DNA of 64,000 nt from Eledone cirrhosa. Taxonomy: Eukaryota. Under the pieces are notes generated by a model that worked only from the letters and a program-made list of their open reading frames with translations, was not told where the DNA came from and searched no databases. Both the position numbers and the translations under genes were made by a program. The DNA is taken from contig OZ024741.1 of NCBI GenBank assembly GCA_964016885.1, positions 33,232,001 through 33,296,000 of the forward strand. The letters are read 5' to 3'. Of the stretch, positions 26,269 to 39,331 are shown in pieces (position 1 is the stretch's first letter; every line of letters begins with the position of its first letter).

Positions 26269-27112
26269 GAAGGTGCATGACTTACTGGTTAGAGCATTGG
26301 CCTTGCAATCGAAAGGTTGTGAGTTCGATTCTCGGACCGGGTGATGTGTTGTTTTCTTGAGCAAGACACTTTATTTCACGTTGCTCCAGTTTACTCAGCT
26401 GTAGAAATGAGATGATAGGACTGGGGTCCCTATCATTAAATCACCCAAGACACCTCCAACGAGATATACCTTGGAGGAGGCCAGCTAAACCTGCATAGGT
26501 GTGAGCTGTAACAACAGCAATAACATATTTAATAGGGTTGTTAAAACCTTGGATTAAATCCGTAGGGATATTTCTCCGGCTCTCTGTTGAGGTTAACTTT
26601 GCCAGGCATCCTTTCAACGTTGATAAATAAAGTATCAGTCTAGGATGGTAGGGTAACGTAATTGTTATAGCGTAAGATGCTTTGTAGTATCTATGTCGGG
26701 TCTGGGCGTTCTGAGTTCAAATCCCGTACCCTACCACCTTTAAAATGGTAGCATAATAGGACTGTAGCCCCTGTTACTAAAAACACCCACGAAATATTAT
26801 TTGGGATGCAGCCTCTTAAGAGTGGAGGCGTGTGGCCTAGTAGTATGTGTGTTGGACTTGCGATCATACGGTCGTAGTTTCGATTCTTGGGCTGGGTTTG
26901 TGTTGTGTTCTTAAGCAAAACATTTCATTTCCCTTGGTTCCAGTATACTCAACTGACAATGAGTACCAGCAACAATAACTGGGAGGTTAACTCTACGATG
27001 TACTGGCGTTTTGTCCAGGAAGGTTCTTGTACTCTCAGTTGCTTCATGCCACGAAACCGGGATAAGCACCGGTCTGGCGAGCCTCTTGGCTTGAGACAGA
27101 CTTTAGCTTCTT
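26269..27112 (+). mobile_element. Cluster of family B SINE copies and fragments
   Basis: tRNA-like heads at 26269 and 26824 followed by the shared core. Confidence 0.72.
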
Positions 27113-27702
27113 AAAAAGCTGATTAAACCTAGGCGAGTGTTAACTGAACAACAACAACAACATATGTTATATGTGTGTTGATTGGGTGATCGGTTCAGTG
27201 ATGTTCGTGACAACTCATACAAAGATTTCAAATCCGTTTTCTTCTTGTGAAAGAAAATGATAAAGCGAGAGGAAGAACCAGCCTTAGTTCATGACTTGCA
27301 CTGTATTTAACAACTTCGCAAGAATAAAAATTCAAAGTTGATCTAGCCGGAATAAATGCCGAAATAACTTAAATCCGTCACCCTAGTAATTCTGTCAATA
27401 CGCCACATTACTCTATGGACAACTTGTTTCTATATACAGTCTCATCGTGAACTGAAAAAGGATGAAAAACAAGGTAAGTTTCACTCCTGTGCTCTCTTAG
27501 TTTACTCGGTTATTGTATTAAGTGTGTAGCTATGAATTCTAATGTGAGCTATGGTGTGGTTGCGTAAGTGTGTATGAAAATTGAACAGAGTAAGTGTATG
27601 AGAGAACTTCTATGCATTTGTGTGAATGAAAAATTGTGTGTATACATGTATGTGTGTAAAATAGTGTGTGAGTATATGTATATGGATTTGTGTGTTTATA
27701 TT

Positions 27703-27810
<108 letters not shown>

Positions 27811-27926
27811 TATATGCATAAGAGAGCGTTTGTGTGAGGGGCATGGAGAGATTTATGTACGCTGTACAATGTAGAGAGAGAGCTTCCGTTACATTTTTGG
27901 GATAGTGGAGGTGGGGCTTAAGTATA

Positions 27927-27965
<39 letters not shown>

Positions 27966-27967
<2 letters not shown>

Positions 27968-28150
27968 CGAAGAAAGTGTGGTAAGGAACCAGGTGGATCA
28001 TAACGCACCAGAGTACTTGATACTTTGGGTAGTAGAGTGGGTAATAGGAAAATGTTCAGGACCCCGACGGCAGAGCTCAAGCCGTTTCGACGGCTATATC
28101 TGGACAGTCCGGCTTGAGCTCTGCCGTCGGGGTCCTGAACATTTTCCTAT
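27966..28150 (-). mobile_element. Family H element with fold-back (41-bp arms)
   Basis: Arms 28044-28084 and 28110-28150; between (TA)n tracts. Confidence 0.8.
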
Positions 28151-28163
28151 ATATATATATATA

Positions 28164-28335
28164 TAGAAGTGGTAACACAACAGTTAGTTCACCATACCGA
28201 GAACAATTGTTTCACCTGAAACAATTCTTCTCGGTATGGTGAACTAACTGTTGTGTTACCACTTCTACCTAACTCGTCCCTAGGACTGAGTGCTCTACTA
28301 CAACGGATATTACCTTCCCGTGTTCTACCTCTCTC
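28164..28335 (+). mobile_element. Family G element with fold-back (51-bp arms), HHR 3' half at the apex
   Basis: Arms 28164-28214 and 28217-28267; homologue at 57978-58128. Confidence 0.8.
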
Positions 28336-28536
28336 TCTATATATATATAATAATAATAATGCTTTCTTTATTTATTTATTTATTTTTATTTATTTATTTT
28401 TTTATTTTTTATATATAATAATAATAATAATTGTTTCTACTTTAGGCACAAGGCCAGCAAATTACCCAGTGTATTACTGGTACTTTATTTTATCGACCCC
28501 GTAAGGACGAAAGGCAAAGTAAACCTCGGCGGGATA

Positions 28537-28567
<31 letters not shown>

Positions 28568-28702
28568 TATACTTATATATACACTATATATAATTATAAA
28601 CAGGAAAGGTCAGTATTTATATTTTTTACCACCTTATTACCAGTATGAAAAATAGCTCAATGTAAATACATTAGATGTCTTACAGAGCAGGAATATATTC
28701 TG

Positions 28703-28762
<60 letters not shown>

Positions 28763-29130
28763 TGTACATATGTATTATAACTATTAGCTCACGCTTTTTT
28801 ATCACCAATAAGAGATTAAGAAAGCAATTAAAAACAAGATCATAATAACATATTTAGAGTCAATAGAAAATCAATCTAGTAAATGCCAAAGATCATTCAA
28901 CAAGTTTCCAGGATTGAGCGGTGCAGATTTGGTGTTCTTAGGCTTCGTGCTACATCCCTCCTATCGCAGGAGCGAGTTGGAATAGCTTTCCTCTGGGGCA
29001 ACGCTATCTTCGTTCTGCCCACTATCTGGCGTTCCACATGCCAAACAGCATTCTCCCTGCCACACTGTCCGGGTTTGTATCATTGAGGAAACGATGGTAT
29101 GAGTCATGGATATCTAAGAGATTTATCCAA

Positions 29131-29180
<50 letters not shown>

Positions 29181-29257
29181 GTATATATATATATGTATAT
29201 ATATGTGTGTGTGCATATATATATATATATGTGTTTGTGTGTGTGTATATATATATA

Positions 29258-29774
29258 CCGTATATGCCGGCGTATAAGTTGATCCCGCGCACAGGTCGAC
29301 CCCTAATATTCTGAGATATAATTCAAGTTTAGACCTATATTCGCCGGATAAGATGACACCCCAAAATAATAAAGCAGTTGAAGGGGAAATAATTCAAAGA
29401 ATTTAGTGGCGCACTAAAGGCTAAGACACTTCAGTCGCAAGTGAGTTCTAACTCACTGAGTAAACCAGCTTAGCTTAACTTTAACGAACCTATGATAACC
29501 TACTCTATGGTAACCTACTCTATGGTAACCTACCCTATGATCTACAGCAAGTATTATTATAATCTCTACATTAAATAGACTTAACAAATATGAGATTCAG
29601 TAGGAAATTGTGGTGGGTTGCTTGAGTGGTGACGACGAGTTTTAAGCAGCCCTTTTTACTGTTTACCTCTCAATGGGGAAGGTTCACATTCAATATTCAG
29701 CGGACAAATCGAGCCCTGGTATTAGAGAGATATTTTTAGGCTCCAAATATCGACTTAAACGCCGGCATATACGG
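29258..29774. mobile_element. Non-autonomous Tc1/mariner-superfamily DNA transposon (MITE, 517 bp)
   Basis: TA|CCGTATATGCCGGCGTATAAGTTGAT ... ATCGACTTAAACGCCGGCATATACGG|TA. Confidence 0.85.
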
Positions 29775-29799
29775 TACTTCGTTTTTGAATTTCATTTTC

Positions 29800-30057
29800 A
29801 AGATTTATCTGAAAACGTGTGTTGAAACAGATATTCTTATACTTTGGGGGGGTTATGCTGCCAATAAAAACACACGCACCTGTTGGTTTTCACCTCAATT
29901 TATTAGAAACTCTGAGGCGCTTAGTTTATTTGTTGATAAACAACCATTCAGTTATTTAACTAACTGACGTGGAGTTAATAATAAATTGAAGTGAAAACCA
30001 ACAGGTGCATGTGTTTTTATTGGCAGTATGACCACCCACCCCAAAGTATAACAATAT
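29800..30057. mobile_element. Fold-back element (family I)
   Basis: ~75-bp inverted arms TATACTTTGGGG...CAATTTATTA; relatives at 5695-5772 and 41215-41610. Confidence 0.72.
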
Positions 30058-30242
30058 ATATATATAAATATATAAATATATAAATATATATATATATAAA
30101 TATATATATATATAATACTAACAAAATTATAGAAGTCATGTCTGAGAAATACACAAACATGCGCCATATCACCTGTAGAGGAAGCTCGAGATTCTAAAAA
30201 TGTCAATGTTTGATAGGTTTTTCTTCTGTATATATGTCAATC

Positions 30243-30335
<93 letters not shown>

Positions 30336-30336
<1 letters not shown>

Positions 30337-30482
30337 CAAAGAAGGTGTGGTAAGATACCAGGTGGACCATAACGCACCAGAGTACTCGATACTTAGGGTA
30401 GTAGAGTGGGCAATAGGAAAAGAGTCAGGACCCCGTCTGCTGAGCTCCGGCGTTTCGACTGCTAGATTCGTTTCGATAGCTA
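30336..30482 (-). mobile_element. Family H element
   Basis: Reverse complement of 13295-13437. Confidence 0.78.
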
Positions 30483-30498
30483 TATATATATAATATAC

Positions 30499-30536
<38 letters not shown>

Positions 30537-30965
30537 TGAAGAATAAGTATGCATAATGCATTTTTACAACAAATTTATGCGGAAAATTTCCATTACAATT
30601 ACATGTTTTGACGGGTTTGACGACTTTATAGTGTATCAGTCCGGCCTATTTCGATGATCTTATAAACCCGCCGAGGTTTACTTTGCGTTTCATCCTTACG
30701 GATGAATGCACTGGGTAATTGATGGCCTTGTGCCATCAATTACCCAGTGCATTCATATACATTATATACTCTTGGTTCTCTGGAGAAACATTTGTAATAG
30801 AAATTTCTGAATAAGTTATTGTAAAAACCCATTTTGCATACTTAATTTTCATTGCAAATATTCCGCCTGGACCACCTGATGTAATCTGGGATGGTTCAAG
30901 ATGTTGAGTGCTTACCCCAGGATACTTTGATATCTACCAGTTAGAATGTCCTACCAGAATATAAT

Positions 30966-31034
<69 letters not shown>

Positions 31035-31215
31035 TTCCTCTAATATGTATGTGTTTTGTGTGTGTAATTTTGCTTTCTGTGTTTTGTTTTGTTTCATTTA
31101 TTAACAAATTATATATATGAGATGTCAACATGAATGGACCTGATATTTTTCTCTAGCAACATTTTTTCCGATTCCGCCCTGCTCGTTCCTTCAATCTTTC
31201 TAATTTTTCTTTCTT

Positions 31216-31342
31216 TCTTCTGATAAAGGACTAGTGTCCGAAACTTTAAGACCCTCATCCAGCTATTTCAAGCGTTAAACTAATATATTCCTTCCATATA
31301 CTGTCCCGATTGTGGTGTTATATCTATTTACCTTTTACATAC

Positions 31343-31345
<3 letters not shown>
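31216..31345 (+). mobile_element. Penelope-like terminal repeat copy with minimal HHR (G8A mutated)
   Basis: TCTT-CTGATAA-A-GGAC TAGT GTCC-GAA-ACTT-T-AAGA plus shared 3' tail. Confidence 0.65.
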
Positions 31346-31409
<64 letters not shown>

Positions 31410-31441
31410 TGCGTGCTTGCGTGCGTGCGTGCGTGCGTGTG

Positions 31442-31529
<88 letters not shown>

Positions 31530-31545
31530 TGTGTGTGTGTGTGTA
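31345..31545. repeat. (GT)n/(GTGC)n microsatellite
   Basis: Visible in sequence. Confidence 0.95.
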
Positions 31546-32218
31546 TATTAATTTTAAAAATTATTTGTCTTTATTACTTAGACATCTCAATGAATGGATA
31601 AAATATACAAATAATATCACTCTGAGAAGTAATTTAACATATTAAACTCATGCCAAAATCTTCATTTAGGAGCTATAAGTTCATTCAATATTGGTAGTTC
31701 CAATCATCTGAAATAGCCAGTATTGTTTCTTTGTTCCAGAAACCATGGTAAAGAGATAACTATATGAGTTAGAAGAGTCTTATTTTAGCTGATCTCACTT
31801 ATACTCCCTTTAATTGAGATTTTGGAATAAGTTTAATATGGTAAATTACTTATCTATATTTTATCTCAAGATTTTATCTATTCATTGAGATGTCTTAGTA
31901 TTAGAGACAAATAACGTTTTAATTTATATTAATTACTCCTTGGCAGTATCGGTAGAGAGTCGTACTGGGTAATTGCTGGCCTTGTGCCTAAAATTAGAAA
32001 CAATTAATTACTCCTTCGTTGTGGAGTAAATTTAGACATTTTTGCTGTTATTTCTAACCTCATTATAAACCTGACGCATTGTCCTCATATATATCATATA
32101 TAGAGAGAGATGTTTTGATTTAGTAGTTCAACTACTCAACATATTGGACACCATGGGCTTAAGGCAACGAAATTATCTGTATACTTTATGTTCAATACCT
32201 CCTCTTATTCCAAAGAAC

Positions 32219-32318
32219 TCTCCCCTGAGGACAGAACTGTGTTCTTTCAATATTGGTTATTACAATAATTTGAAATGGCCAGTATTGCTTCTTTGTTCCA
32301 GAAACCATGGTAGGAAGA
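32219..32318 (+). ncRNA. Type I hammerhead motif with very long stem II
   Basis: TCTCCC-CTGAGGA-~70-nt stem II-GAA-ACCATGGT-A-GGAAGA; decayed second copy at ~31660-31760. Confidence 0.55.
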
Positions 32319-32404
32319 CAATTATGTGACTGACTTATTTTAGTCGGTCTGACTTAGACCCTGCTAAATTAAGATTTTGGCATAAGTTTAATATGTAATA
32401 TATG

Positions 32405-32978
32405 AATCTCTATCTATCTAGGGCGGGTAAAATTCCCGAGTTCTCTCCAGAGATCTCTGTCCTTCATCATCACCGCTATGTCCTGCCTCTCCCAGAGGCC
32501 ATTGTCTGTCTTTAGGGCATCAATATACGTCAACCTCGATCTCCCTCTTCTAGTGTGTCCGTGTAGGGGCTCCCACAGGAGCACTGAGTGCAGTGTCAAC
32601 TCTGAATGTCGGTGAGCATGTCTAGCTAACCTCAGTCTCCTTTGTGTTTCTTTCGAGCTGACTTTTGGGAAGCTCCCGTAGAGTTCTGAGTTCTTCATCC
32701 TCAGTGTATACCGATTAATATTCAGAGCCATCCTCAGCATTCTTGTGTCGCACCCATCTACCTTCTGAGTGAGTTTCTTGGTCAGTGTCCAAGTCTCAGA
32801 CCCTACAGTAGCACAGACTTCACTGTAGCAACGAAGAGACGGATCTTCAGGTCTTTACGAAGGTCCGACTTCCACATCGATATCAAACTGTGGCACACCG
32901 CCCAGGCTTTGATCTTTCTCTCAACCACATCATCCTCTGTGTTCCCAATCTTTGCTCCCAGATACAGGAAGTCCTCAA
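32405..32978 (-). mobile_element. RTE/RTE-X LINE 3' fragment with (TAGA)n tail
   Basis: GSETWTLTKK...TRMLRMALN...RRLRLARHAHRH...LLWEPLHG..RRGRSRLTYID...DRDLWR. Confidence 0.85.
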
Positions 32979-33004
32979 CCAACTATATATATATATCACG
33001 ATTT

Positions 33005-33665
33005 GGACACCATGGCCCACACAAGTAGAGAGTTATTGCTTACGAAGACATATCCGAATATAGGAGGTTCATCTGGGATTTCTTGGGAGGATTTGACCAA
33101 AGCCGTTTCGAATTTTATGGTATCTGTTTCTGTTTTAATGTTTTGGTTTAATGTTAAAAAGAGCGGGAAAAGATTTTTTGTTGTGGGTGGATTGCACGGG
33201 GACCAAGCCTTAGGTGTACTTTAAAGATGATGCCAGTATCATTTGGGCAATATTGATGAAATATTTTCCACGTCATGCAGGTAATATAGCGCTCACGGCA
33301 GCGTTGGAGAAAGCTTTAAAAGCTTTTGTAGTCGACCACAAAAGTCAATGCATGTCCTGTCGTCTATCTTTTTTGTGATTGACCTTTGTGGTGCTTCATT
33401 TGTTTCGTGTGGGGAGACCACAATGGACAACAGTATTCACGGTGGCGTCGGGCAAAAGTAGAGAAGAGACGGACAATGGGGTGGATATCACTCGACAGGA
33501 AAGTTCTGAGAATCCAGAAACACATCCTGTGTATCATGTCAACGTTGCTATTTGTATGTGTGGCCCAGCTTATGTTGTTATCAACAATTTCTCTCACGTC
33601 TCTCATGTTGTTGGATGCCATGAGGATTTCACCTGGCGGGAGGGAATATGAGAGGCTCTGACTCT
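33005..33665 (-). mobile_element. CR1-clade LINE 3' fragment
   Basis: VDNNISWATH...WILRTF...EYCCPLWSPH...LQRCRERY. Confidence 0.82.
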
Positions 33666-33745
33666 CTACGATATTTACACTCTACTATACCAAGCATCGA
33701 GTACGTTGCTGAATTATGGTCTTACTAGTTTAAACTGGTATAATC

Positions 33746-33778
33746 CTGATGAAGGACTAGCGTCCGAAACGTTAAGAC
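33746..33778 (+). ncRNA. Minimal PLE-type hammerhead core with ACGT palindromic stem III
   Basis: CTGATGA-A-GGAC TAGC GTCC-GAA-ACGT-T-AAGA, followed by the PLE terminal tail to ~33870; 5' strand of stem I is lost. Confidence 0.62.
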
Positions 33779-33943
33779 TCTTTTCCTACTATATCAAGCG
33801 TAAAACTAATAATATAATTCTTCATTTACTTTACGTCGTTTACTTTGATAATTCTGTTTGTCTTTTGTATACATACACACACACGCACGCGCACATACAC
33901 ACACGCGCACGCACACACGCACACACACACACACACATATATA

Positions 33944-34145
33944 TATAATTGTTCCATTACCAAAGGTTTCAGGAAACTAGATGGTCCTCGTTCCTCAGGC
34001 TGGACGTTTATGTAAGGATCGTCTAGTTTCCTGAAACCTTTTAGTAATGGAACAATTATATTGTGTTGTTTATTATGTAATTAAATAGCTCTGTACTATA
34101 CATAGAACACTCTTCTTTCCTTTATCTTTTCTACGGAAATACTTA
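33944..34145. mobile_element. Fold-back HHR element
   Basis: Arms 33944-33988 and 34015-34060; left arm on minus strand reads CTGAGGA...TCCT-GAA-ACC TTT GGT-A-ATGGA. Confidence 0.65.
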
Positions 34146-34152
34146 ACACACA

Positions 34153-34213
<61 letters not shown>

Positions 34214-34500
34214 CGAGGTTTACTTTGCCTTTCATCCTTACGGGGTCGATAAAATAAAGTACCAGTAATGCACTGGGTTTTTGCTGGCCTTGTGCCAAAA
34301 GTAGAAACAATTATATTATATTGTGAATTGGCAGTATCGGTAGAGGGTTGGACGCCATGCTTTCTAGCATAGTTACGTCCCTTTACCGTCTGAGTTCAAA
34401 TCCCGCCAAGGTTGCCTTTCATCCATACGGGGTCGATAAAATAAAGTACCAATAGTGTACTGGGTATTTGCTGGCCTTGTGCCTAAAGTAGAAACAATTA
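34214..34500 (+). mobile_element. Partial plus near-full family A SINEs
   Basis: Match to consensus. Confidence 0.85.
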
Positions 34501-35204
34501 TATTACCGTATGGAATCTGTGTGTATCTGTCTGTCTGTATGTCTGACTATCGATATATATTTAACGATGTACTGCTGTGTATATGACAGTTAGTGAAAGA
34601 AAAGAAAGTATATAGGTATGTGTTTTTGTAAGTGTATGTGTCTGTGTGCGTATGTTTGTGCCTATGTGTATGTATGTTTGCATGTGTGTTTGTGTGTTTA
34701 CGTGTTTGTTTGTTTATCTATGTGTCTGTTCATGTCTGTGTGTATTTGTATGTCGGTGATTGTGTATAAATATATATATATGTGTGTATGTTTGTGTGAC
34801 TGTGCATGTATGTATGTGTGTGAGTAAGTCACGGGTTTGACACACTAATGATCCATTAGGATGGCAGTCAAGTTTACTGAGTGTGAGCTTACTGTTAGTC
34901 CCTACTTGACCTCAAGTCACTTCACGTCATCTCAAAACACCTTCTTCTTTCCTGAACCACCCAAACCTTCATTCAAATACTACTTCCTCCCCTTCTTACC
35001 TACTCCCCCCCCCCCCATCTATACACTGTCCCTTCTGTCTTTTCTCCCAACCACTTCCGTTTTCGTCACCATATTTTTCTTTACTAACATCCACTTCATT
35101 TGCCGGTCGATGTCGCTATTATCACCACCGCCGCTGTCAACCACATGATGCAGCCAGCATGTTTATATGCAGGTGCTTGACCTGCTAGAAATAGCAACCG
35201 AATA

Positions 35205-35470
35205 GTTCTTCTTCTTCTTCTTCTTCTTCTTCTTCTTCTTCTTCTTCTTCTTGCCGTGGGAGAAGAGTCCTCAACCACTCCTTCCAGTGGGTCCTGCCAG
35301 AAGCAAGCGCCTCCAACTTATCCTGGTGGAACCCCAAACGTGACCAGTGGAGCTCATGGATGTTATCCAGCCATCTTGCTCGGAGTCTACTCCTGGGTCT
35401 CCTGCCAACTGGTTATTCCCATAAAATATGTCCAGTGATTCTTTCCTGGGACATTCTAACCCCATCCCCA
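35205..35470 (-). mobile_element. RTE (Expander-like) 3' end with (GAA)n tail
   Basis: Homologous to 23770-24026. Confidence 0.68.
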
Positions 35471-35678
35471 TAGTATCGGAGCTAACACTAGTCTTAAAGC
35501 AAAAAGGGACACGCTAGATAATGTAGTCCTGGAAACACTGAATAAATTGTGATCTGGCTTGAACAGACTTAAGACTATAGACTTAAGCCAAGAATTAAAC
35601 ATGATCGTAGAAAACTGGAAACTTCTTAAATACTTTAAAGATTTTCATTATGTGCTTTTAACATAGACTAAAATTACT

Positions 35679-35865
35679 GGTGGATTGGCAGTATCGGTAG
35701 AGGGTCGGACGCCATGCTTTGACGCATGAAGTTACGGTCCTTGCCATTCTGAGTTCAAATCCCGCCAAGGTTAACTTTGCCTTTTATCCTTACGGGGTCA
35801 ATAAAATAAACTACCAGTAATGTACTGGGTAATTGCTGGCCTTGTGCCAAAAGTAGAAACAATTA
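35679..35865 (+). mobile_element. Family A SINE
   Basis: Match to consensus. Confidence 0.9.
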
Positions 35866-35974
35866 TAAAGAAGAACCAAAGAAACAGGCATATCTTAACA
35901 TATCATTTAAACATGTTAAGAAAAAGTATTTATTTCGCAGGCTCAGAAATACAACACAGAACAATGACTTCTAG

Positions 35975-36170
35975 TATAGCCACAAGGCCAGTAATATGGG
36001 GGGAGAGGAAAGTCGATTAAATCGACCCCAGTACGTTACTGGTGCTTTATTTTATCGACCCTGTAAGGCTGAAAGGCAAAGTTAACCTCGGCAGAATTTG
36101 AACTCAGACCGTAAAGGCCCGTAACTCTATGCTGCAAAGCATGGTGTCCGACTCTCTATCGATACTGCCA
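35975..36170 (-). mobile_element. Family A-related SINE with alternative tail
   Basis: Reverse complement of head and body; tail differs. Confidence 0.82.
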
Positions 36171-36215
36171 GTATGATGCACATAAATGAATTAGAACTGT
36201 GAAAATAACAGAATA

Positions 36216-36574
36216 CTATTGTGTCCCAAATAATATGGGTGGGGGATAACCGGGGGTTGGAATAAATGGTTGGCTGGAATATGCGGTAATTTTTCTACGT
36301 TTTCTTTTTAAAAACCAGAATTAGCTGTTTAGTTTGCATATTGAGACCCTCAAACCATCGTATTTATTTTATAACCTATTAGATTTCTAATAATGTACTT
36401 TTTTGTGATGTATAATGTTTTTTAATATATAAAGAAAATTAATTGTCGCAGGAATGCCACCACTTAAAATAAAATGTCAGCAGAGATAGATTAGAAAACT
36501 TTAATAAGCGGGGGGTGTGGGGAAATTGGAAAAGTTAATAGGCGGAGTTGGGGGCATTATTCGAGACCAGAGAG
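36216..36574. mobile_element. Possible old TA-flanked MITE
   Basis: Weak TIRs CTATTGTGTCCCAAATAAT versus reverse complement CTCTCTGGTCTCGAATAAT. Confidence 0.35.
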
Positions 36575-36998
36575 TACCTCAATCATAATAAAACCAATGG
36601 AACATCATAATGGTGACCACAGATTGATAAGGAAAACAAAGAATTTAGGTGTGAAACTCCACCTAGTCAATAAAGAGCAGGTGTTGGGTGAAATGGAGCT
36701 ACGGGTAGGATTCGGTCAACGTCCGTAGTTTGCTGACCCTTGAAATGCATAGGTAAAAGTACAGGCAGACAGACAAATTTCTGTTTATTTGCCACTAGGG
36801 CACAAAAGAAAGGGACATGTACATGGGTGAGGGAGTTTACATAAAAATCGAGTAAGAAAAATATAACAAACAAAATAGTAACAAGAAGGTCCTCAATAGG
36901 GAGGGATCGTTTGGGGGTCACACACACCCCCGAAAAAAAGTGTGCGACCCTTCTCCACGGGAGCACAAAGAGAAGGTGCTCCCTTCTTCCTGTTCCAC

Positions 36999-38804
36999 CT
37001 ACAGGCTGAGGTAGAGAGAAGGCCCATTCACACGGGCCATTCTCGCAACTTTCACCCACCTTTCATAAAACTGGCTGGAGTGGAGCACCTCTCTCTCCAT
37101 CCTGATCCTTCTTCCGAAATGGTATCGGAAGAAAAGGACCAGTTGTTGGCCGGAGAGAAAGGTGTCCGACCTCAGCCCTTTCAGACGCCTCCGCCATATA
37201 GCCTCTTTTACCATGGCTATTACACAGAGGAAGACCGCCTCTCCTTCATTTTTGAAGGGGGGAGGCGGCTTGACCGTTACAATGGACTCGGTGGTCAACC
37301 TAATTGGTCCCACCCGTGACAGCAGTTGTTCGACATAGCCCCACAGATCGGCAACGCCCGGGCAGTGCACCAATGCGTGCGCGACGGATTCCTCGTCGCG
37401 CACGCATCTGGGACAGATCTTTTTCGAGGGGTCCCTACCCGGGCGCCCGTGTCTGTAGAGATTATCCCGAACGGGCAGAGGCCCTCGGTAGCACTGCCAG
37501 GCCAAGGACTTCTGGAAGTTGTCCATAGGTCCCGGGCCGAAAGTCCTACCGAATAGACTGGCCAGTTCGTCCTCCTCCATGCCTAGGTTTTCTCCGAGGG
37601 CGTCGTCGCACCCGCTAACCACCAGCCCTCTATAGAATGACGAGGTGGATTCTCCACTGACAGTCGGGTCCGCCTGCCAGAGAGCCGTGAGCGCCAGGGC
37701 ACACTCGGTGTGCCAGTCGCCCAGTTTTCTCGGTCTTTGCTTCACCCAGGACTGCAGCTCGGTGAGCGAGACGAGCCTCGGGAAGGTTCGCCTCACAAAC
37801 GGGGCCCACACCGGTTGACCGGTGAGGAATACCTGGAGGTGCCTTAGCCTCAATGCGTGTTTACGCATTTTTAGCCACGGCATCCCCAGCCCTCCTTTCA
37901 AAGGGTGTTGACAGCAGATGGATCTCCTCACCAGAGGAGACCTCTTTTTCCAAAGGAAATAAAAGAGGGCGCGCTCCATTTTGGCAAGGATCTCACCCGG
38001 GCAAGGTCCGACAGTCAAGCGGTAATAGATGACGGACGCTATGTAAGCGTTCGCCACCTCCGCCCGACCTTTCAGGGATAGTTTGCACTCGGCCCACTTC
38101 TGGGTCAGTGCAAATACCCTATTCGTCACCTCACCCCAGTTTTTCTCCACCTGGAGGTCCGGTCCGAACCAGACCCCAAGCAACTTCACCGGGCCCTCCG
38201 TCCACCGTCCGACGATACCGTCGCACGACATCGCTTTGCCCCTCCACTCGCCGAGTTGCAAAGCGACTGACTTGTCCCGGTTCAGCTTAGCCCCTGTCAA
38301 CCTTTCGTACTCCTCCAGTAAGGTGCCGATTGCCTCGATTTCCGAGGTGGTCGACACCATTACTGTTACGTCATCGGCATAGGCCGACACCACTTTGCGC
38401 AATCCCGGTTCCAAAGGGATGCCCTGCAACAACTCCAACTTCCGCAGTAGTGGCTCGAGAGCCAATACATACAGAAGGGAGGAGAGAGGGCATCCCTGTC
38501 GGATGGAGCGGGTGATTTCGAATGGCTCCGAAAGGTAGCCGTTCACCTTGACTCTAGAGCAGATGCGGCTGCTGTGCATGGCAGTGATCCAGCCCCTGAA
38601 AACGGGTCCGAACCCAGCCGCCGCTAGCACCGCATCCAGGTAACCATGGTCCACCCTATCGAACGCTTTAGGCTGATCTAAATTTATCAGGGCCCCACCA
38701 AATCCGGGTTCGTTCCCAACCCTCTCTATGATGTATCGCATGAGGTGGAGGTTGTCGTGGATGGACCTGGACGGGATAGCGCATGTCTGCGCATCTCCCA
38801 CCAT
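36999..38804 (-). pseudogene. Tx1 ORF2 segment 3: reverse transcriptase core + zinc knuckle
   Basis: LDQPKAFDRVDH, RQGCPLS, AYADDV, LGVWF, GGLG, CPRCVRDEESVAHALVHC. Confidence 0.92.
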
Positions 38805-39298
38805 GACCCCACGACAAGCGCCAACCTCTTCGCTAACACCTTGGCCAAAATCTTTAACTCTGCATTTAGCAGATTTATGGGCCTAAAATTACTAATGTCA
38901 TCCCCCTTGTTCTCGTCCTTTCTCACTAGCGAGACTACGCCCTTGGTCACAGAACAGGGAATTCTCCCGTTCTGTTGCCAGTTGCAGTAGACCGCCTCGA
39001 GGAGATCGGGGAACAAGTCCGGCATATTAATATATAGTTCGTAGGGCAGACCATCGAGCCCTGGAGATTTGCGTTTGCCGCATAGGCTCAGCATGTCCCC
39101 TATTTCAGCAGCTGAGATCGGCCCGTCGCAGGACCTCGCCTCCCTGTCCGAAAGACGCGGCAGGCCGTCGAGGTATGGACCGAAATCCACATTCCCAACA
39201 GGCCCCCCACCCCTCCCGAACAATTGATCAAAGTACCTTTGAAAGGCCTCGCACATTTGCTTAGGTTCAAGGATCAACCGTCCATCCTGGTCTCGCAA
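38726..39298 (-). pseudogene. Tx1 ORF2 segment 2: RT N-terminal region
   Basis: KSPGLDGLPYELY, NFRPINLLNAELKILAKVLAKRL. Confidence 0.9.
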
Positions 39299-39331
39299 AG
39301 ACCGGATAGTGGATTTAATCCCACTTTTCGC

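Noticed and set aside
27440-27473. 34-nt micro-exon with good AG/GTAAGT signals
   Set aside because: Resembles a decayed SINE body (GGATGAAAGGCAAAGTT-like) and introduces a stop in the candidate gene's phase-2 frame.
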